Source of the DNA: Octopus sinensis
Taxonomy: Eukaryota
DNA length: 30,202 bases
Direction of reading: 5' to 3'
NCBI RefSeq assembly: GCF_006345805.1
Contig: NW_021832627.1
Coordinates: 1 to 30,202 of the forward strand
The position numbers were made by a program, and so were the translations under genes. The notes under the pieces are model-generated. The model was not told the origin of the DNA. It saw only the letters and a list, made by a program, of their open reading frames with translations, and ran no database searches. Shown here piece after piece: positions 23,123 to 30,202 of this stretch (positions are counted from its first letter, which is position 1; every line of letters begins with the position of its first letter).

Positions 23123-26100
23123 GTGTTGGCGAATGTAGTGTTGGCGAATCTCAGGAAGCATGGACGTTTTGAAGGATGCAGTGCTCCGACAAGTAACAAC
23201 TGATGCCGGCAGTTTGTTCCATGCTTGTATGTGTATGGAGGGGAGAAAATCAAGTGTAGTGTTGGCGAATCTCAGAAAGCATGGAAGTTTTGAAGGATGC
23301 AGTGCTCCGACAACTAACAGCTGATGCCGGCAGTTTGTTCCATGCTTGTATGTGTATGGAGGGGAGAAAATCAAGTGTAGTGTTGGCGAATCTCAGGAAG
23401 CATGGACGTTTTGAAGGATGCAGTGCTCCGACAACTAACAACTGATGCCGGCAGTTTGTTCCATGCATCAGCGTGTGTATGGAGGGGAGAAGATCAGGTG
23501 TAGTGTTGACGAATCTCAGGAAGCATGGAAGTTTTGAAGGATGCAGTGCTCCGACAACTAACAACTGATGCCGGCAGTTTGTTCCGTGCTTGCGTGTGTA
23601 TGGAGGGGAGAAAATCAGGTGTAGTGTTGGCGAATCTCAGGAAGCATGGAAGTTTTGAAGGATGCAGTGCTCCGACAAGTAACAACTGATGCCGGCAGTT
23701 TGTTCCGTGCTTGCGTGTGTATGGAGGGGAGAAAATCAGGTGTAGTGTTGCCGAATCTCAGGAAGCATGGAAGTTTTGAAGGATGCAGTGCTCAGACAAG
23801 TAACAACTGATGCCGGCAGTTTGTTCCATGCTTGCGTGTGTATGGAGGGGAGAAAATCAGGTGTAGTGTTGCCGAATCTCAGGAAGCATGGAAGTTTTGA
23901 AGGATGCAGTGCTCAGACAATTAACAACTGATGCCGGCAGTTTGTTCCATGCTTGCGTGTGTATGGAGGGGAGAAAATCAGGTGTAGTGTTGGCGAATCT
24001 CAGGAAGCATGGAAGTTTTAAAGGATGCAGTGCTCAGACAACCAACAACTGATGCCGGCAGTTTGTTCCATGCTTGCGTGTGTATGGAGGGGAGAAAATC
24101 AGGTGTAGTGTTGCCGAATCTCAGGAAGCATGGAAGTTTTGAAGGATGCAGTGCTCAGACAATTAACAACTGATGCCGGCAGTTTGTTCCATGCTTGCGT
24201 GTGTATGGAGGGGAGAAAATCAAGTGTAGTGTTGGCGAATCTCAGGAAGCATGGAAGTTTTGAAGGATGCAGTGCTCCGACAACTAACAACTGATGCCGG
24301 CAAGTTGCTCCATTCTTGAGTGTGTATGGAGGGGAGAAGATCAGGTGTAGTGTTGGCGAATCTCAGGAAGCATGGAAGTTTTGAAGGATGCAGTGCTCCG
24401 ACAACTAACAACTGATGCCGGCAGGTTGTTCCATGCTTGTGTGTGTATGGAGGGGAGAAAATCAGGTGTAGTGTTGGCGAATCTCAGGAAGCATGGAAGT
24501 TTTGAAGGATGCATTGCTCCGACAAGTAACAACTGATGCCGGCAGTTTGTTCCATGCTTGCGTGTGTATGGAGGGGAGAAAATCAGGTGTAGTGTTGCCG
24601 AATCTCAGGAAGCATGGAAGTTTTGAAGGATGCAGTGCTCAGACAAGTAACAACTGATGCCGGCAGTTTGTTCCATGCTTGCGTGTGTATGGAGGGGAGA
24701 AAATCAGGTGTAGTGTTGCCGAATCTCTGGAAGCATGGAAGTTTTGAAGGATGCAGTGCTCAGACCATTAACAACTGATGCCGGCAGTTTGTTCCATGCT
24801 TGCGTGTGTATGGAGGGGAGAAAATCAGGTGTAGTGTTGGCGAATCTCAGGAAGCATGGAAGTTTTAAAGGATGCAGTGCTCAGACAACCAACAACTGAT
24901 GCCGGCAGTTTGTTCCATGCTTGCGTGTGTATGGAGGGGAGAAAATCAGGTGTAGTGTTGCCGAATCTCAGGAAGCATGGAAATTTTGAAGGATGCAGTG
25001 CTCAGACAACCAACAACTGATGCCGGCAGTTTGTTCCATGCTTGCGTGTGTATGGAGGGGAGAAAATCAGGTGTAGTGTTGCCGAATCTCAGGAGCATGG
25101 AAAGTTTTTGAAGATGCAGTGCTCAGACAACTAACAACTGATGCCGGCAGTTTGTTCCATGCTTGCGTGTGTATGGAGGGGAGAAAATCAGGTGTAGTTT
25201 TGGCGAATCTCAGGAAGCATGGACGTTTGGAAGGATGCAGTGCTCCGACAACTAACAACTGATGCCGGCAGTTTGTTCCATGCTTGCGTGTGTATGGAGG
25301 GGAGAAAATCAGGTGTAGTGTTGCCGAATCTCAGGAAGAATGGAAGTTTTGAAGGATGCAGTGCTCAGACAACTAACAACTGATGCCGGCAGTTTGTTCC
25401 ATGCTTGCGTGTGTATGGAGGGGAGAAAATCAGGTGTAGTGTTGCCGAATTTCAGGAAGCATGGAGGTTTTGAAGGATGCAGTGCTCAGACAACTAACAA
25501 CTGATGCCGGCAGTTTGTTCCATGCTTGCGTGTGTATGGAGGGGAGAAAATCAGGTGTAGTGTTGGCGAATCTCAGGAAGCATGGAAGTTTTGAAGGATG
25601 CAGTGCTCCGACAACTAACAACTGATGCCGGCAGTTTGTTCCATGCATTAGCGTGTGTATGGAGGGGAGAAGATCAGGTGTAGTGTTGACGAATCTCAGG
25701 AAGCATGGAAGTTTTGAAGGATGCAGTGCTCCGACAACTAACAACTGATGCCGGCAGTTTGTTCCGTGCTTGCGTGTGTATGGAGGGGAGAAAATCAGGT
25801 GTAGTGTTGGCGAATCTCAGGAAGCATGGAAGTTTTGAAGGATGCATTGCTCCGACAAGTAACAACTGATGCCGGCAGGTTTGTTCCGTGCTTGCGTGTG
25901 TATGGAGGGGAGAAAATCAGGTGTAGTGTTGCCGAATCTCAGGAAGCATGGAAGTTTTGAAGGATGCAGTGCTCAGACAAGTAACAACTGATGCCGGCAG
26001 TTTGTTCCATGCTTGCGTGTGTATGGAGGGGAGAAAATCAGGTGTAGTGTTGCCGAATCTCTGGAAGCATGGAAGTTTTGAAGGATGCAGTGCTCAGACC

Positions 26101-29100
26101 ATTAACAACTGATGCCGGCAGTTTGTTCCATGCTTGCGTGTGTATGGAGGGGAGAAATCAGGTGTAGTGTTGGCGAATCTCAGGAAGCATGGAAGTTTTA
26201 AAGGATGCAGTGCTCAGACAACCAACAACTGATGCCGGCAGTTTGTTCCATGCTTGCGTGTGTATGGAGGGGAGAAAATCAGGTGTAGTGTTGCCGAATC
26301 TCAGGAAGCATGGAAGTTTTGAAGGATGCAGTGCTCAGACAACCAACAACTGATGCCGGCAGTTTGTTCCATGCTTGCGTGTGTATGGAGGGGAGAAAAT
26401 CAGGTGTAGTGTTGCCGAATCTCAGGAAGCATGGAAGTTTTGAAGATGCAGTGCTCAGACAACTAACAACTGATGCCGGCAGTTTGTTCCATGCTTGCGT
26501 GTGTATGGAGGGGAGAAAATCAGGTGTAGTTTTGGCGAATCTCAGGAAGCATGGACGTTTGGAAGGATGCAGTGCTCCGACAACTAACAACTGATGCCGG
26601 CAGTTTGTTCCATGCTTGCGTGTGTATGGAGGGGAGAAAATCAGGTGTAGTGTTGCCGAATCTCAGGAAGAATGGAAGTTTTGAAGGATGCAGTGCTCAG
26701 ACAACTAACAACTGATGCCGGCAGTTTGTTCCATGCTTGCGTGTGTATGGAGGGGAGAAAATCAGGTGTAGTGTTGCCGAATCTCAGGAAGCATGGAGGT
26801 TTTGAAGGATGCAGTGCTCAGACAACTAACAACTGATGCCGGCAGTTTGTTCCATGCTTGCGTGTGTATGGAGGGGAGAAAATCAGGTGTAGTGTTGCCG
26901 AATCTCAGGAAGCATGGACGTTTTGAAGGATGCAGTGCTCCGACAACTAACAACTGATGCCGGCAGTTTGTTCCATGCTTGCGTGTGTATGGAGGGGAGG
27001 ATATCAGGTGTAGTGTTGGCGAATCTCAGGAAGCATGGACGTTTTGAAGGATGCAGTGCTCCGACAACTAACAACTGATGCCGGCAGTTTGTTCCATGCT
27101 TGCGTGTGTATGGAGGGGAGAAAATCAGGTGTAGTGTTGGCGAATCTCAGGAAGCATGGACGTTTTGAAGGATGCAGTGCTCCGACAACTAACAACTGAT
27201 GCCGGCAGTTTGTTCCATGCTTGCGTGTGTATGGAGGGGAGAAAATCAGGTGTAGTGTTGGCGAATCTCAGGAAGCATGGACGTTTTGAAGGATGCAGTG
27301 CTCCGACAACTAACAACTGATGCCGGCAGTTTGTTCCATGCTTGTGTGTGTATGGAGTGGAGAAAATCAGGTGTAGTGTTGGCGAATCTCAGGAAGCATA
27401 GAAGTTTTGAAGGATGCAGTGCTCCGACAACTAACAACTGATGCCGGCAGTTTGTTCCATGCTTGTGTGTGTATGGAGGGGAAAAAATCAGGTTTAGTGT
27501 TGGCGAATCTCAGAAAGCATGGAGGTTTTGAAAGATGCAGTGCTCAGACAATTAACAACTGATGCTGGCAGGTTGCTCCATGCTTGTGTGTGTATGGAGG
27601 GGAGAAAATCAGGTGTAGTGTTGGCGAATCTCAGGAAGAATGTAAGTTTTGAAGGATGCAGTGCTCAGACGATTAACAACTGATGCCGGCAGTTTGTTCC
27701 ATGCTTGTGTGTGTATGGAGGGGAGAAAAATCAGGTGTAGTGTTGGCGAATCTCAGGAAGCATGGAAGTTTTGAAGGATGCAGTGCTCCGACAACTAACA
27801 ACTGATGCCGGCAGTTTGTACCATGCTTGCGTGTGTATGGAGGGGAGGAAATCAGGTGTAGTGTTGGCGAATCTCAGAAAGCATGGAGGTTTTGAAGGAT
27901 GCAGTGCTCAGACAATTAACAACTGATGCCGGCAGTTTGTTCCATGCTTGCGTGTGTATGGAGGGGAGAAAATCAGGTGTAGTGTTGGCGAATCTCAGGA
28001 AGCATGGAAGTTTTGAAGGATGCAGTGCTCCGACAACTAACAACTGATGCCGGCAGGTTGTTCCATGCTTGAGTGTGTATGGAGGGGAGAAAATCAGGTG
28101 TAGTGTTGGCGAATCTCAGGAAGAATGGAAGTTTTGAAGGATGCAGTGCTCAGACGATTAACAACTGATGCCGGCAGTTTGTTCCATGCTTGCGTGTGTA
28201 TGGAGGGGAGGAAATCAGGTGTAGTGTTGGCGAATCTCAGAAAGCATGGAAGTTTTGAAGGATGCAGTGCTCCGACAACTAACAACTGATGCCGGCAGTT
28301 TGTTCCTTGCTTGTGTGTGTATGGAGGGGAGGAAATCAGGTGTAGTATTAGCGAATCTCAGGAAGCATGGAAGTTTTGAAGGATGCAGTGCTCCGACAAC
28401 TAACAACTGATGCCAGCAGTTTGTTCCATGCTTGTGTGTGTATGGAGGGGAGGAAATCAGGTATAGTGTTGGCGAATCTCAGGAAGCATGGAAGTTTTGA
28501 AGGATGCAGTGCGCAGACAACTAACAACTGATGCCGGCAGTTTGTTCCATGCTTGCGTGTGTATGGAGGGGAGAAAATCAGGTGTAGTGTTGGCGAATCT
28601 CAGAAAGCATGGACATTTTGAAGGATGCAGTGCTCAGACAATTAACAACTGATGCCGGCAGTTTGTTCCATGCTTGTGTGTGTATGGAGGGGAGAAAATC
28701 AGGTGTAGTGTTGGCGAATCTCAGGAAGCATGGAAGTTTTGAAGGATGCAGTGCTCCGACAACTAACAACTGATGCCGGCAGTTTGTTCCATGCTTGTGT
28801 GTGTATGGAGTGGAGAAAATCAGGTGTAGTGTTGGCGAATCTCAGGAAGCATGGAAGTTTTGAAGGATGCAGTGCTCCGACAACTATCAACTGATGCCGG
28901 CAGTTTGTTCCATGCTTGTGTGTGTTTGGAGGGGAACAAATCAGGTTTAGTGTTGGCGAATCTCAGAAAGCATGGAGGTTTTGAAAGATGCAGTGCTCAG
29001 ACAATTAACAACTGATGCTGGCAGGTTGCTCCATGCTTGTGTGTGTATGGAGGGGAGAAAATCAGGTGTAGAGTTGGCGAATCTCAGGAAGAATGGAAGT

Positions 29101-30202
29101 TTTGAAGGATGCAGTGCTCAGACAATTAACAACTGATGCCGGCAGTTTGTTCCATGCTTGCGTGTGTATGGAGGGGAGGAAATCAGGTGTAGTGTTGGCG
29201 AATCTCAGAAAGCATGGAGGTTTTGAAAGATGCAGTGCTCAGACAATTAACAACTGATGCTGGCAGGTTGCTCCATGCTTGTGTGTGTATGGAGGGGAGA
29301 AAATCAGGTGTAGAGTTGGCGAATCTCAGGAAGCATGAAAGTTTTGAAGGATGCAGTGCTCAGACGATTAACAACTGATGCCGGCAGTTTGTTCCATGCT
29401 TGTGTGTGTATGGAGGGGAGAAAAATCAGGTGTAGTGTTGGCGAATCTCAGGAAGCATGGAAGTTTTGAAGGATGCAGTGTTCCGACAATTAACAACTGA
29501 TGCCGGCAGTTTGTTCCATGCTTGTGTGTGTATGGAGGGGAGAAATATCAGGTGTAGTGTTGGCAAATCTCAGGAAGCATGGAAGTTTTGAAGGATGCAG
29601 TGCTCCGACAACTAACAACTGATGCCGGCAGGTTGTTCCATGCTTGAGTGTGTATGGAGGGGAGAAAATCAGGTGTAGTGTTGGCGAATCTCAGGAAGAA
29701 TGGAAGTTTTGAAGGATGCAGTGCTCAGACAATTAACAACTGATGCCGGCAGTTTGTTCCATGCTTGTGTGTGTATGGAGGGGAGAAAATCAGGTGTAGT
29801 GTTGGCGAATCTCAGGAAGCATGGAAGTTTTGAAGGATGCAGTGCTCGACAACTAACAACTGATGCCGGCAGTTTGTTCCATGCTTGTGTGTATGGAGGG
29901 GAGAAGATCAGGTGTTGGCGAATCTCAGAAGCATGGAAGTTTTGAAGGATGCAGTGCTCCGACAACTAACAACTGATGCCGGCAGTTTGTTCCATGCTTG
30001 CGGGTGTATGGAGGGGAGGAAATCAGGTGTAGTGTTGGCGAATCTCAGGAAGCATGGAGTTTTGAAGGATGCAGTGCTCAGACAACTAACAACTGATGCC
30101 GGCAGGTGTTCCATGCTTGTGTGTGTATGGAGGGGAGAAAATCAGGTGTAGTGTTGGCGAATCTCAGGAAGCACGGAAGTTTTGAAGGATGCAGTGTTCG
30201 AC
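23123..30202. repeat. Tandem satellite array, 121-bp monomer, about 58 copies visible (runs off the window), derived from a LINE ORF2 C-terminus/3' UTR on the minus strand
   Basis: Consensus GTGTAGTGTTGGCGAATCTCAGGAAGCATGGAAGTTTTGAAGGATGCAGTGCTCCGACAACTAACAACTGATGCCGGCAGTTTGTTCCATGCTTGCGTGTGTATGGAGGGGAGAAAATCAG (121 nt, 59 G+C). The minus strand translates to AWNKLPASVVSCRSTASFKTSMLPEIRQHYT*. Confidence 0.97.

Noticed and set aside
23069-30151. About 25 repeated 63-104 aa ORFs (MLVVGALHPSK...EIRQHYT) as a tandem gene family
   Set aside because: They arise because the 121-bp monomer (3n+1) rotates the reading frame. Most start at TTG, and only the last ~33 residues are protein-like (LINE ORF2 tail).
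23123-30202. CRISPR-like array
   Set aside because: Entire monomers are repeated with no unique spacers, the context is eukaryotic, and there are no cas genes.
23123-30202. CENP-B box or telomeric repeat in the monomer
   Set aside because: TTCGCCAACACTACACC does not fit NTTCGNNNNANNCGGGN, and no TTAGGG runs were seen.
29840-30202. Shortened monomers with 1-5 nt deletions at the right end
   Set aside because: The clustering of small deletions near the window end (GTGCTCGAC, TCTCAGAAGC, GGAGTTTTG, GCAGGTGTTCC) looks like low-coverage long-read consensus error. Not treated as biology without reads.

Overview
This is eukaryotic, AT-rich, repeat-dominated DNA with no recognisable host gene and no intact RNA gene. 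The SINE families and the dense (TA)n/(CA)n/(ATT)n tracts are most consistent with an octopod cephalopod genome (inference). The window has three parts. (1) A diverged, internally rearranged tandem segmental duplication: copy A ~1-13070, copy B ~14376-22250, and a short third fragment at ~22248-22465. It is built from tRNA-derived SINEs, microsatellites and decayed R4/Dong-type non-LTR retrotransposon pieces. (2) A young, 5'-truncated R4/Dong-clade element (666-2374, minus strand) inserted into the (TAA)n tail of a SINE in copy A only; the empty site is preserved in copy B. (3) A ~7.1 kb, ~49% GC tandem array of a 121-bp monomer (23123 to window end). The monomer is the last ~33 codons, stop codon and start of the 3' UTR of a CR1/L2-group LINE ORF2, and the array is organised into 7-, 11-, 12- and 2-monomer higher-order blocks. 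Nearly all short ORFs in the supplied track are microsatellite or satellite artefacts. Two unusually well-conserved islands inside the duplication (4599-4800 and ~12225-12510) remain unexplained. Coordinates of degenerate repeats are approximate, from by-eye alignment.
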